A stretch of DNA of 64,000 nucleotides from Utricularia gibba. Lineage: Eukaryota > Plantae > Magnoliophyta. The notes below the pieces were generated by a model. The model did no database searches. It worked only from the letters and a program-made list of their open reading frames with translations, and was not told where the DNA came from. Below, in pieces: positions 22,449 through 34,949 of this stretch (the first letter of the stretch is position 1; every line of letters begins with the position of its first letter). Location of the stretch: assembly GCA_002189035.1 (NCBI GenBank), contig NEEC01000010.1, forward strand, positions 2,294,001 to 2,358,000, written 5' to 3'. Made by a program: the position numbers and the translations under genes.

Positions 22449-23837
22449 ATGGATCGATCCAAGGGGAACAGAAGCCATCCCCAAGGTTGTCTCCTTACCC
22501 AATTCCCAAATTCCTTTTTCATTCTACGCTTAATGCTGCCCAATCAAATTTTGTAGGTGAAATTGCTCGGATCCTCGTTGAGTTCCTGGAGGTTGCCGTG
22601 ACATCGGTAGTTTTTCTCAAAGGAGTGTACCCAAATGGTTTCAATTCGCCGTTTTTCTGCTTCCACTTTTTTTTTTTTTTCTAATTTCTGCTCTGTTCGG
22701 ATTATTGACTCCTCGAGGGAAAATCAATGGGTTGCAGGAGCTTTCGAGAGAAGGCGGTACATGAATGTTGTGGTTCATAAAGCCATACACCCTGAGTTAA
22801 GCGAGTATATTCATTCGGTTGTTCATGGGCTCCTACCGTTAATCACCAAGGTTGCGTTTTTTTGGGTTTCTGTCATCTAAAAATCTTGGATACGTCATTG
22901 AGAAGAAATTTTAACGTGTGGCTTTGTAAATATGAATGAAATTGAAGGTGAAGTGAAACGTGGTTTAACACTTGTTTTTTCATCAGGGGTTGGTGGATAG
23001 AGTAGGTGTGATATTCTTCAATGGTGAAAATGTTACCATGGAGCGATTCGTTTTCAAGATCAACGTGAATCAGTCATATAGTTCTAGGGTGGAACAAGAG
23101 AACCTGGAGTTCTCTCTGAGATCATTTTTGATCAAGCTGCCTTTCTCGCGGCTTTAACAAAAGCTCTTCCTCCGGTAAGCTTACATTACATGCCCTTCAC
23201 TTTTCTTATGCTGCTTCTTGAATACTTATAAATTTGCAGTCTTCTTGAAGTATGAAGTTGAATAGTTTACCGAGTGTTTCTTTTCACGGATGCTCATGGA
23301 TTTCTGTCCTTCTATGTGAGCATTCTGAGATAGCAAAACACCACCACCTAATACGAACCTTGTATTGGTGATATTATAGAAGGGGATGCCTCTTATGAGT
23401 CAAGTATTTTCAATCTCTATGTTCGCTTTCTGCTTTTCTGTCTCAATTCCTGAAAATTGCAAATGTTCCGAAATTGTGAATTTGCTTCATTTCAGTTGGA
23501 GTGGTTTTCTTGCCAGCATTAACTAGTCTTTCAACTCACCAAAGACTTCTTTTGGTGCGTGTGATTCATCATTCAAAAGGGCTTGTACTATGATAGACCA
23601 TAACAGGATACTTTTAATGAATCCATAAGAGTGTTGCTGTCACCAGGTTGCAGGTGGGAGATAATCGGCTACTTCCTACGGTTGCCTGATGCTAGCAGTG
23701 TAGGCAAGGATGATGCAGAGACGTGGATCCCAACCGATGCAAGGCAATGGCAGCAACCACCATTGATAACACCTATCAAGTCCATGTTCAGCGATCCGTT
23801 AAGCTTGCAGCTGTATGTAGAGCACCCAGCCTCTTAG
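22449..23837 (+). CDS. REV7: REV7 / MAD2L2 HORMA protein (DNA polymerase zeta subunit); two apparent 1-bp deletions at ~23150 and ~23174
   Basis: Exons 22449-22485, 22557-22637, 22738-22850, 22987-23174 and 23647-23837. EFLEVA...KGVYP, AFERRRYMNVVV, ERFVFKI, LRSFLIKL, CRWEI, WIPTD..QWQQPP, LQLYVEHP. Confidence 0.88.
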
Positions 23838-24976
23838 AACCACAGAGCTAGCAATGGATGGACAGCTTCTCCTTAAATTATATCATGAGTCATATTCCAC
23901 TCGAAATCTGCAGCAAGATCTGCAGAAAAATGCTCAGGGAAGCTGGAACCAGGCCAAATACTTGCTTCTAGCTACGGATGTTTTCCACTTGGTTGATAAC
24001 CTGTCTCGAGATGCAGTTGGCTTTCATGAATGGTTGTTTATGGTTCCCGATGATTCTTTGTAACGAAGGAAGAAGGGATTTACAAGTATTTAGTATTCAT
24101 ACTAAAAAAAATGTGAATAAAAGATAACATGGGAAATATAAGTATATAAAATTATTTAACGCCCCCTTCCTACGGTACGTTAATTTTATATCCAGCTTGC
24201 AGGAGTGTTCACCTCACACTGCTGCTGCGCTGCCACCAAGGTTGCCGCCGTTCTTCGACTCCCTCTGTTTCTTTGCGATTAGATTTTTACAGTCTGGGGG
24301 ATCGGGGTTAGTTTTTTCATGATGCGGATGCGCTGTAGGTTCTTTTCCCCTTTTTTATTTGGCTCTGATGCGTTGTAGTTAACTGCCGTAATAGTTTGAT
24401 GAGATATTAGAATTTCGCTCTTTGCTTGTATTCAGGTGTGCGGTAGGTACTTTTCACTTGTTCCTCGGATTTCTTGATGGATTCATCTCCCCCTGCTGTC
24501 ATTATTCTTTTTTTAAAAAAGTATTAATATTCAGGTTTTAGATGAAAAACAGGGTTTAAGATTGTGAATTGGAGTCGGTTTGTAGGTGTTGTCCCTAAGA
24601 TTTGAATCTGGGAGCATATTCCTTCAGTGGATTCAACGGAAAAGGGGCAAACTTGATTGTAATATTTATCCCATTTATATTTAACATGCTTCTTAAGGTT
24701 AATCCATCTGTTTTTCGTTCATAGAAAGGAATCAGAATTTGGGTGTTCTTCAAATTCATGGCATTATTTGTGCCACTGGACGCTTTGGCGGCTCTTTTAG
24801 TTTTCTAGAGTTTCAGTGTAGTTAAATCTATGCATTGGATTTGATACGATCTTCAAGGGGCTGTGAAGGATTCTCAAGATAATCTCTTTTGGTTCTAGGT
24901 GTTATAGAACATCATCACTTTCAAGACACTTATAGTCTTTATTGCTCATATGACAGGGTCTTCCGAGAACGGGCCT

Positions 24977-27900
24977 TTATACTAGCAGCCTCTAGCGTCT
25001 GAATCTGATCTGCGAAGATGGTAAGCCGAAAGTTTTCTTCTTTTTTTATCATTAGTGAGAAAAACTAGCAGGCTTATTTTTTGGGACCCTAATGTGCTAC
25101 TGTACTTGATGATTACAGGTGAAGTTCACAGCAGATGAGCTCCGTAGAATTATGGACCTGAAGCATAACATACGCAACATGTCGGTTATCGCCCATGTTG
25201 ATCATGGTATGAGGCCTCAGTTTGATTGTGGTTATATTTCGTATGACAATATCAGAGTTATTTGGCATTAATTCTGTGCCATGGGATGTCCGTTCAGTGC
25301 TTGATCGCTTTGTATTTTCATCTTCTTCCAGGGAAGTCAACACTGACGGATTCCCTTGTTGCTGCTGCGGGTATCATTGCCCAGGAGGTTGCTGGTGATG
25401 TGAGAATGACGGATACGCGAGCTGACGAGGCTGAGCGTGGTATCACTATTAAGTCTACTGGCATCTCCTTGTACTACGAGATGTCTGATGAATCTCTCAA
25501 GAACTACAAGGGGGAGAGACAAGGAAACGAGTACCTCATCAATCTCATTGATTCCCCTGGACACGTGGACTTCTCGTCCGAAGTGACGGCTGCTCTCCGT
25601 ATTACCGACGGTGCTCTTGTGGTGGTGGATTGTGTAGAGGGCGTGTGTGTTCAAACGGAGACTGTCCTGCGACAAGCTCTTGGAGAGAGAATCAGACCCG
25701 TGTTGACGGTGAACAAGATGGACAGGTGCTTCCTTGAGCTGCAGGTTGAAGGAGAAGAAGCTTACCAAACATTTCAGAGGGTCATCGAGAATGCCAACGT
25801 TATCATGGCCACATACGAAGATCCTCTCCTCGGTGATGTTATGGTGTACCCCGAAAAGGGTACGGTTGCTTTTTCTGCGGGTCTGCACGGCTGGGCGTTT
25901 ACCTTGACGAATTTCGCCAAGATGTATGCTTCCAAATTTGGTGTGGATGAGGGGAAGATGATGGAGAGGCTGTGGGGAGAGAATTTCTTTGATCCTGCCA
26001 CGAAGAAGTGGACTACCAAGAATTCTGGGTCTCCTACCTGCAAGCGCGGTTTTGTACAGTTCTGCTACGAGCCTATCAAGCAGATAATTGCCACGTGCAT
26101 GAATGACCAGAAGGAGAAACTGTGGCCCATGTTGCAGAAGCTCGGCGTGACGATGAAATCAGAAGAAAAGGAACTGATGGGAAAGGCGTTGATGAAGCGG
26201 GTGATGCAGACCTGGCTTCCTGCCAGCAACGCTCTACTGGAAATGATGATATTCCATCTTCCCTCACCTGCAAAGGCCCAGAAGTACCGTGTGGAGAACC
26301 TGTACGAGGGACCTCTCGATGATATGTATGCGAATGCTATCAGAAACTGTGATCCCGAGGGGCCGCTCATGCTTTATGTCTCGAAGATGATTCCGGCCTC
26401 TGACAAGGGAAGGTTCTATGCATTCGGACGTGTGTTCTCGGGAAAGGTGTCTACAGGTTTGAAGGTGAGAATCATGGGTCCGAATTATGTGCCCGGAGAG
26501 AAGAAGGACCTGTACGTGAAGAGTGTGCAGCGAACTGTTATTTGGATGGGAAAGAGACAAGAGACCGTGGAGGATGTCCCCTGTGGGAACACCGTGGCCA
26601 TGGTTGGGTTGGATCAGTTCATCACGAAGAACGCCACACTTACGAATGAGAAGGAAGTGGATGCACACCCGATTCGAGCAATGAAGTTCTCCGTGTCACC
26701 CGTCGTGCGTGTTGCTGTACAGTGCAAGGTTGCGTCTGATCTGCCGAAGCTTGTGGAGGGACTGAAGCGTTTGGCGAAGTCTGATCCTATGGTGGTGTGC
26801 AGCATCGAGGAGTCGGGTGAGCATATTATTGCTGGTGCAGGAGAACTTCACCTTGAGATCTGCCTCAAGGACCTGCAGGAGGACTTCATGGGGGGTGCCG
26901 AGATCGTGAAATCTGATCCGGTGGTGTCCTTCCGTGAGACGGTGCTGGAGAGATCCAGCCGCACCGTCATGAGCAAATCTCCCAACAAGCACAACCGTCT
27001 GTACATGGAAGCCAGACCGCTGGAAGATGGACTCGCAGAAGCCATTGACGACGGGCGTATTGGCCCGAGGGATGATCCCAAGGTTCGCTCCAAGATCTTG
27101 TCGGAAGAGTTCGGGTGGGACAAGGAGCTCGCCAAGAAGATATGGTGCTTCGGCCCCGAGACCACCGGCCCCAACATGGTCGTGGACATGTGCAAGGGAG
27201 TTCAGTACCTGAATGAGATCAAGGACTCGGTGGTCGCCGGTTTCCAGTGGGCTTCCAAGGAAGGGCCGTTGGCGGAGGAGAACATGAGGGGCATCTGCTT
27301 CGAAGTGTGCGACGTGGTCCTCCACGCCGACGCCATTCACAGGGGCGGCGGCCAAGTCATTCCCACGGCGAGAAGAGTGGTCTACGCCTCTCATCTGACC
27401 GCAAAGCCCCGCCTGTTGGAGCCAGTATACCTGGTTGAGATCCAGGCCCCGGAGCAGGCCCTGGGTGGCATCTACAGTGTGCTGAACCAGAAGCGCGGCC
27501 ACGTGTTCGAGGAAATGCAGAGGCCGGGCACTCCCCTCTACAACATCAAAGCGTATCTCCCCGTCATCGAGTCCTTCGGTTTCTCCAGCACCCTGCGCGC
27601 CGCAACTTCGGGACAGGCGTTCCCGCAGTGCGTGTTCGACCACTGGGACATGATGTCGTCCGACCCACTGGAATCCGGATCCCAGGCCGCCACTCTGGTC
27701 GCCGATATCCGGAAGCGCAAGGGCCTCAAGGAGCAGATGACACCGCTGTCCGAGTACGAGGATAAGCTCTGAGAGGATAGATCAACACTTGCAGCTTTTT
27801 TGTGGGAGTTCAAATCTGTCTAAATGCTTCCAAACACCTGAACTACTACTACGGATAAGCCTGTTTGTCCGTTTTCTTTTCTTCCTCATGAGTTCTCACA

Positions 27901-28023
27901 TTCGCGGTTGCGCTTCTCACACCTCTGTCCAAGTACGAGGATAAGCTGTGAGGAGCCTGGGGAAATTGTATGCTTGCATCTGTCCAATTCTGAACTCATG
28001 AATGCTGCTCCTGTCCAATTTTT
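24977..28023. repeat. Right arm of the eEF2 inverted repeat, ending in a T15 run (28019-28033)
   Basis: Reverse complement of 18631-21678. Confidence 0.95.
25018..27772 (+). CDS. EEF2: Translation elongation factor 2 (copy B), 843 aa, identical protein to copy A
   Basis: Exons 25018-25020, 25119-25206 and 25332-27772 total 2532 nt, i.e. 843 codons plus stop. Confidence 0.97.
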
Positions 28024-28854
28024 TTTTTTTTTTGACGTACTCTATTTGGAGGCTACGCTGTACGCACTATATATTCGCACTTATACTCTATATTTATGTA
28101 ACTGCAAACTGTACGGTATCAAATTTTACTGGTTAAAAACTTTAGAAGTAAATACAATATGTTACATAAGTTAGATGACGGAACAAACAATCAGATTTAA
28201 TTTAAAATGAAACTAAATTTTATAATACGTTGTTCCACGTTTAATCAAATTATAGGAAATAATGCATATCCATGAAGTATTTCCTAAGCCCTCTCTGATC
28301 ATTTCATGATGCGCCGCCTGCTCTACATTTGTTGGAGTATCTGCAAAAAGCATGGTAGATCTACTTCTGCTCACGCTTCTTCCCACCGTGAAATGAGCAT
28401 CCGAAGTTGAACTTGAAGCGTTTGTCAACCCCTTCATCGTCGAACTTACAGTAATCTTACAACGTTGTCGGCTTCAAAAAAAAAAAAAATGGTATCTTGA
28501 AAAACATAAAACTATTTTTTTTCCCACATTTGCCAACTTAACCTTTGCCTAAAACGCTCGTGTTAGATTAACTTCACATATGCAGCACAGAACGCAGGTT
28601 AGTTAAATATTATGGCTTCAGTTTCATAAAGTTTGCATGCTACGGGTTTGAACTTTTCTGGTTTATTAATGACGCGAAACAATTGGCTAATTGCAGTTAC
28701 TCCAAGTGCATTTTGGAGTCATTTTGCATGTACTCTTAAAGTACATTCGAGTTACTTTGTCTACTCGTAGTGTGTCTCTTTTTCCTCCTCATGCTCTCAG
28801 TCCCTCTATATATATGTCGTGTGTGTGTGCTACAGTCATCACCTCCCTTTTCCG

Positions 28855-29871
28855 ATGGCCGTGGCGATCGTCTCCGCCGTGCTGGTTTCCATGCTGTTAG
28901 GCGTCTCGTGTGAAGATGCGGGATGGAGGAATGCCTTCGCTACGTTTTATGGCTCTGAGGATGGGTCCGGTGGCATGGGTTAGTGTCACCAGTGTGCCCA
29001 TTCTTTGTAGCATTAATCAATTCTTACCGCATTCTCAGTTATGAAATAAATTTTTTATTTATGATAATATATTCCATAAAAATGTTTAGAAATGAAAGCT
29101 TTATAAATAAAAGTTTATTTTTTTAATGAATTATGTAAGTTGATTTTGGAAATGTGTAAAATTTGATGCTCATGCATGCATGCATGCAGGGTCGGCTTGT
29201 GGTTATGGGAACGCAAACGAGCACGGATATGGTGCGGACACCACGGCCTTGAGCACTGCTCTCTTTAACAACGGCCAAACATGCGGTGCATGTTTCCAGC
29301 TCCGGTGCATCAACGCACCTCAGAGCTGCATCGGCGGGACAGCCGTCACGGTGACCGCCACCAACTTCTGCCCGCCGAACCCTGATCTTCCTAACGACAA
29401 AGGTGGCTGGTGCAACCCCCGAGGCGGCACTTCGACCTCTCCAAACCAGCTTTCACCAAGATCGCACACTACAAGGCCGGCATCGTCCCCGTCTCCTTCA
29501 GAAGGTAAAATCATGAGTTCAGTAGTCGTTTCTCTTCGCAGGACTTATAGGGTTTTTTTGGTAACAGGGTGCCATGCGTGAAGACGGGCGGAATTCGATT
29601 CACGATGAACGGAAACCCTTACTTCAATCTGGTTCTGGTGTCCAATGTCGCCGGCTGGGGGGATGTTGTTGCAGTTTTGGTCAAGGGATCGGCGACGGGG
29701 TGGCTGAAGATGACAAGAAATTGGGGGCAGAATTGGCAGAGCAACTCGCATCTCGTCGGCCAGAGCCTCTCGTTTCAGGTGACCACCAGCGATGGCAGAA
29801 CTGTCACCAGCTACAGCGTCGTCCCGCAGAACTGGCAGTTCGGCCAAACGTTTGAAGGCAAGCAGTTCTAG
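28855..29871 (+). CDS. EXPA: Alpha-expansin; one apparent 1-bp frameshift at 29416-29420
   Basis: Exons 28855-28978, 29190-29504 and 29568-29871. Signal peptide, [33 protein letters not shown], and CNP(P)R.HFDLS after restoring one C. C-terminal [15 protein letters not shown]. Confidence 0.92.
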
Positions 29872-30293
29872 AATGTTCTCCAACAAGGTCCTCACTGTGT
29901 TAGGTTCAAGATTTCATTTGTAATAAAGGATTGTACTGTCCTGCTACCCCAAAGAAGAGAGTACAAGAAATGGCAATAAAATCTACCATGAAGCAGTTTA
30001 TTACTGACTAATCCTCATTCCAAGATTGAACACAAAAGCCTTGCTAATCTTCAAACAAAAGTTGTCCTGAATGAGGCATCAAGTATATGATGTATTGATT
30101 TAGTTCAAAAAATCTAGCTAGTAGTTTCTTGAGAAGAGGTGTGTAGTGTCTCTCTTCCATCTCCTTAGCTTCTTTTTCAGTCGCAGGGTTGCGATCTCTG
30201 CAATGAAGTATTCTCCCTGCCTCAAGGTTTTGGATAGCTTGCAGATGATTGTTACCATTTGCAATCAGCCATTCAGGTTTGAGCCCCAGGTTT

Positions 30294-31285
30294 CTAGACA
30301 TGATGAGCTACCAAAGCTGCAAGCATGAGACTGCTGAAGGTGATTACATTGAGTGATATGGGTTGTGCGGAGCTGGGCGATTCGTTTCCATAATCGTATC
30401 CTCCGGGTTCCGAACCAGATCCTCCAGGGGAGTAAGGATTACTTGTCGTTGTGCTGTGATGAAAGATGAAACGATTTTCATTAGATTCCCCTTGCATAAA
30501 CGGCATCATCAAGAACATACCTCGGCGGTGTCATTGGAATTGTTGGTGGGTTCGGCATTGTGTTTGCTGGTGAGTTCGGCATTGTGTTTGCTGGCGGGTT
30601 CGGCATCGTGTTAGCTGGTGGATTGGGGATGGTGTTTGTTGGTGATGCAAACCGACAGTTACCATAACCTGTTGGCCAACAAGAGATGTTTAGCGGACAA
30701 AAGTATGCAGCCACTGGTGTAGGTGTAGTTCAGAGTCTTACTTGGATCAGTGCTAGAAAGCTGGGCTATTCCCCAAATGCACAGCTGGTAGGAACAGGGT
30801 TCCTCTGATAGTAGCTATTGAAGGCATAAGAAGCATGGTCACGAACTGTATTCGGATCATAGCACGGCCCACCTGGTTGAATCGCGGAGCAGTCGGCGCC
30901 ACCATAGCCGCACGCATAGTCCAGGGCTACTTGTAATGCAGTCGGGGAAGCATTGGAACTGGCAATGCACCACGCTCTTCCAGAGGGGGTGGTTGTGGTT
31001 GGATTTCCAGCTGGTGTCGTTCCCGGAATGGTTGGGTTTACGACTGGAACATTTCCTGGAGCTGCTTGCCTCTGCACGCTCACCATTTTAGCAGGAAACC
31101 AAACTTGAACTTGTTGATTGTTCTCTTGGTCTGTTTCCAAAGGCATCATCTCTGCCATAGCTGCAGCTGAATGGAGAGGACATGAAGATTAGCATTCTCC
31201 CATCTCTAAAAATAAATCAGTTAAAATCACCTGAAACGAAGAAGATGCCTAGTATGACGAACAAAGAAACAAATCCTGATTGCAT
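30294..31285 (-). CDS. X8 (CBM43) domain, Pro-rich, putative GPI-anchored protein (PDCB-like); one apparent frameshift at 30771-30774
   Basis: Exons 31285-31231, 31166-30742, 30668-30521 and 30453-30294. WCIA...[44 protein letters not shown], hydrophobic N- and C-termini. Confidence 0.88.
30545..30625 (-). repeat. 24-bp coding tandem repeat (~3.5 copies) encoding PANTMPN(P/S)
   Basis: ttcggcattgtgtttgctgg repeated with a period of 24. Confidence 0.85.
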
Positions 31286-31939
31286 TTCCAATGCTGTGGA
31301 AACTTCAGATTTCTTTCTCATTCGTCAAGAATAAAATGTAGAATGTGTTTGTCTAAATCCTAATGACGAGAGAATCGAGGTTCCGTGAATGGAGAATAAA
31401 ATGGAGAGGAATATGAGAAAACTTCCAAAAAGAGGCATCAGGGACAAAAAAAGCAAGAACAAGAAACAAAATCGCATGCCCAAGTAACATGAAATTTACT
31501 GTTGAAGATTTCTTTTGTCTTTTCCCCTTTTCATCTCTCACCAACAGCACTAACCGACATTTATCCAAATCCATTGCCGTATGTTCCTGCATCTGACCCA
31601 TATCTCGGCTACCTGGAAAGTTACATACCTACATATCGACCCTGTACTTCAAGTTGAGATCTGTATCTTCGTTTGCTACTATTAGCTCACATTTGAAAGA
31701 AAAATACATGAGACAGAGATTAAACTACAACTTTCGAAATCACAAATTCCATCTTAGGGATCCTTACAATGGAAGAGGAGGAAAAGCATATCACAATGAA
31801 GAAATGACTGAGAATCCAGAAACCTAAGCCATTGAATTCAACTAACCTAAAGAGGGGTTGAATTTTGTTGGATTTTTTTCATTGGTTTGTGGAAGTGGTC
31901 AGTGTATAGATTTCAATGTGCAAATGGCGGATCCTACAC

Positions 31940-34583
31940 TTATCCCTGTTCTGGCTTCTGGCACTTGGAGAGGTAGCGAGAGGCATCGTCCATGGCTGAA
32001 GTTGAAACTCAAATAGTTGGGAATAGTATATATAATGACAGGTAGAAAAAAACTTCAAATAAGAAATCTTACTAGGGAGATTCTGAAAGTCGGGTTCAAT
32101 CCCATTGCCGTTTATGTCCAAATGATTCGGCGTGACATACTTGCCAACGGTGACAACCACACCCGATCCATCATGAAGCTCAAAGACGGATTGAATCAGC
32201 CCCTTCAAAAGTTTACAGAGCAATATTACACTGGATCCCAATACACATTCATAGTTACTAATCAAATGCTGTGTGGTGTGAAGAACAAACCCAATAATGA
32301 ATCAGAATGAAAAAACGAAGGCAAGAAATAATCTGAGTATTTAGAAGAACGCATCAGACCTTTCCATAAGTCCTTTCACCAACGAGAATGGCTCTACAGT
32401 TATCATGAAGAGCAGACGCAACCTGTAGTAAAGCAACTGTAGTTGAGTGCAACCGACCCAAAAGATAAATCCTGAAATCCTTACAATTTCGCTGGCGCTA
32501 GCAGTATTTTTATTGACCAAAACCTGCATCAAACATTAGTCCTCAGAATGCATGACAAAAAACATGTGAGCAAACAAATAAAAAAACAGGCCAATCAGAA
32601 TATCATGATGAATGTTACTTACAATAACCGGAACATTAAACGAAGGTGATGCTTCAGCAACAATATTGGTGACTGCATGCACATCCCTTCCAACGGTATA
32701 TGTAACCTGGCCGTAATCAAGGAAACAATTCAGAACTTCGCAGAGAGAATTATTCTTTTTTAACGAATCAACAGATTAACTTTCAATAAACTCTACAGGA
32801 CAAGATGGGAAAAGAGAAAAAAAAACCGATTCAGAGAAAAGCTTCAATTCACCTACTGTATCGCCTTTGTTCAGAAAGAGTTTAGCAATCTCGATGCCTG
32901 CCTGCAACAGAAAGTATTTACAGTATCAATTAGGGATCAGAAAAAACCGAGAGCTCTTCTGTTCAGCCTATAATTTCATAACACATTTCCTCCTCACTCT
33001 CTTTAGGGTGCGGAGTATAATCATGAGAAAAAGCACCTGGACGAGTCCACCAAGATTATCCCTTAGATCAAGGATAAAAAGAGAAGCTCCCATGTCTAAG
33101 AGTTTTCTCATTGCTGGAAAAGAAAAATAAATCAGAAATAAAGCACGGAATTTCACCGCAAGACTCAAGGTACCAAGACAACGTGCTTGAAAAAAAGTGC
33201 CTGGGAGCCGTTGAGTGAATTGTGAAGAAACAACCTAGACCACTCATGAAGCAGGGCAGGAGTTCCTAGGATATAATCTCCACAGGCATACCTATAACTA
33301 AATCTTTCCTAGCTAAGGCGTTGAACTCTTTCAACCGAACATAGCCAACAGGGCCTGAACCATAATTCGCTTGTCTCAGTTGATAATAGACAGGGGTTTT
33401 GGCAATAGATTGTCTTTGAATCTTCATGGATTCAACTGATCCACACTTCCCATGCTTGACCTAAAACATACTAACTGATTTAAGGAAGAAGTCCACTAAA
33501 AGAGTCAAAACTGAAAAAAATTTTGCAAATAAACACATAACTCACCATGATGTTTACAAAAGTTTCACTAGGACCTTGTAGCATAGATGATGCCTCAAAT
33601 GATGATTTCCCTTTGACATCTACCCCATTGATAGAAAGCAATTCATCACCCTAATACATGAGCAGAAACAGAAAACATAGATATTGAAATCAAAAGAACT
33701 TCACTTCACAAAGAAGCATTTCTTTAGATTCAACCCCATACAGAACTGTAGTTACAAATACCTGCCTGACTCCTGCAGAGTGAGCAGGACCATCCAAAAT
33801 AAGCCCTAAAACCTTCAATTTTATATCACCGTTATCATCTGGAATTTCTCTAAGGTTGATTCCAATTCCAGTCATATCATACCTAGCCATCTTTGAGAAC
33901 TGTTGTATAAAAGAAATAACCATGCCGTGGTTATACAAAAAATCAGAAATTGTATCTGATATTAAAAAAAAAATCCTCAAATCAAATGAAGACTCAACCT
34001 CAGCAGGAGTAAGAAATCTTGTATATGGATCACCCATACTCGCGAGCATTCTCCTAATGATCTCATGAGCCCGGGACCTTGTCTGGATCGTCGAGGCTGA
34101 TATATCTTCCTTTCTTTTCTGAAACCAATCAAAATGAAGGTCTCTCCTAATAAATCACGAAGTAAGATTCTGCAACAACTTAAAACAAGTGAAATGAAGA
34201 ACACCCACGAGCCAGGAATCTGGCGTCCATTGGCGGCGCCCCGTGGGAAGGTAAGAATCATTCACAATCTGCCACGCCTCCTCTACAATTTCCGCATTCG
34301 TCACCTCTTCCGGCGACTTATCGTCAACAAAATTTTCGTCCTCGCGGCAAACTACCTCCTCTTGCGGTTTAATTAGTTGCAGAGAGATCGCATCCGAAGC
34401 GCAAGTCCATGAAACCCCCAACGATACCGCCAAGGATAGCAGATTAGTGGTAATGATTCGGAACATTGAATGATTCTCTGGTTTACGGTTTCGATTGTCG
34501 ATGGAGCATGACACAGTGAGTGCGCGGCTGAGTGAGACTGCCCTCGGCGGCGGCATTGGGCAGCAAACTAAAACCCTTATCAT
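31940..34583 (-). CDS. CTPA1: Carboxyl-terminal processing peptidase 1, chloroplastic (multi-exon)
   Basis: Transit peptide, IVEEAWQIVND, DPYTRFLTP, PDZ-like GIGINLRE...LGLILDGPAHSAGVRQ, ILDLRDNLGGLVQ, catalytic TASASEI and ERTYGK, VVVTVGKYVTP. Confidence 0.88.
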
Positions 34584-34949
34584 CTTCCACTTCCAAGTAG
34601 CAGAAGGAACAAGACTTCACGTGAATAGGCAAGTTTCTGCGGTCACAAATAAACACCGAATTAGCTGAAATCAAAGGCCGTAAATGCACAGCACCTCCGG
34701 AGAGCCCCGACCAGGGGATTAGGAGTTTCCGGGGACACAAAGTGAGCAATCGCCAACCTTTATTGCAGTATTCGGTATCTGAGGCCACCGGACAACAACT
34801 GACTTCAAACTCTCCATGCACAAAAGGATTTATTTTCAGTATACATCAGGATGACGAAGAAGCTCAAGAAAAACCCCCATGCAAGTACAACGATGTCAAC
34901 CCATAATCAAATATGCACACATGCAAATCTGGTGAAGATCCAATATGAA

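Noticed and set aside
22449-23837. REV7 (also expansin, BRG, X8, LEA_2, GIR-like) as pseudogenes
   Set aside because: Only isolated single-base losses, with full conservation on both sides. Better explained as consensus errors pending read checks.
25262-25331. ORF-track N-terminus MALILCHG... of eEF2 (and 21324-21393)
   Set aside because: This is intron 2 read in frame. The true start is the isolated ATG exon at 25018 (21637), giving the canonical 843 aa.
18631-28023. eEF2 inverted repeat as a hairpin-RNA/siRNA source
   Set aside because: The genes are transcribed outward, so neither mRNA nor the REV7 transcript contains both arms. There is no evidence for a 9 kb read-through transcript.
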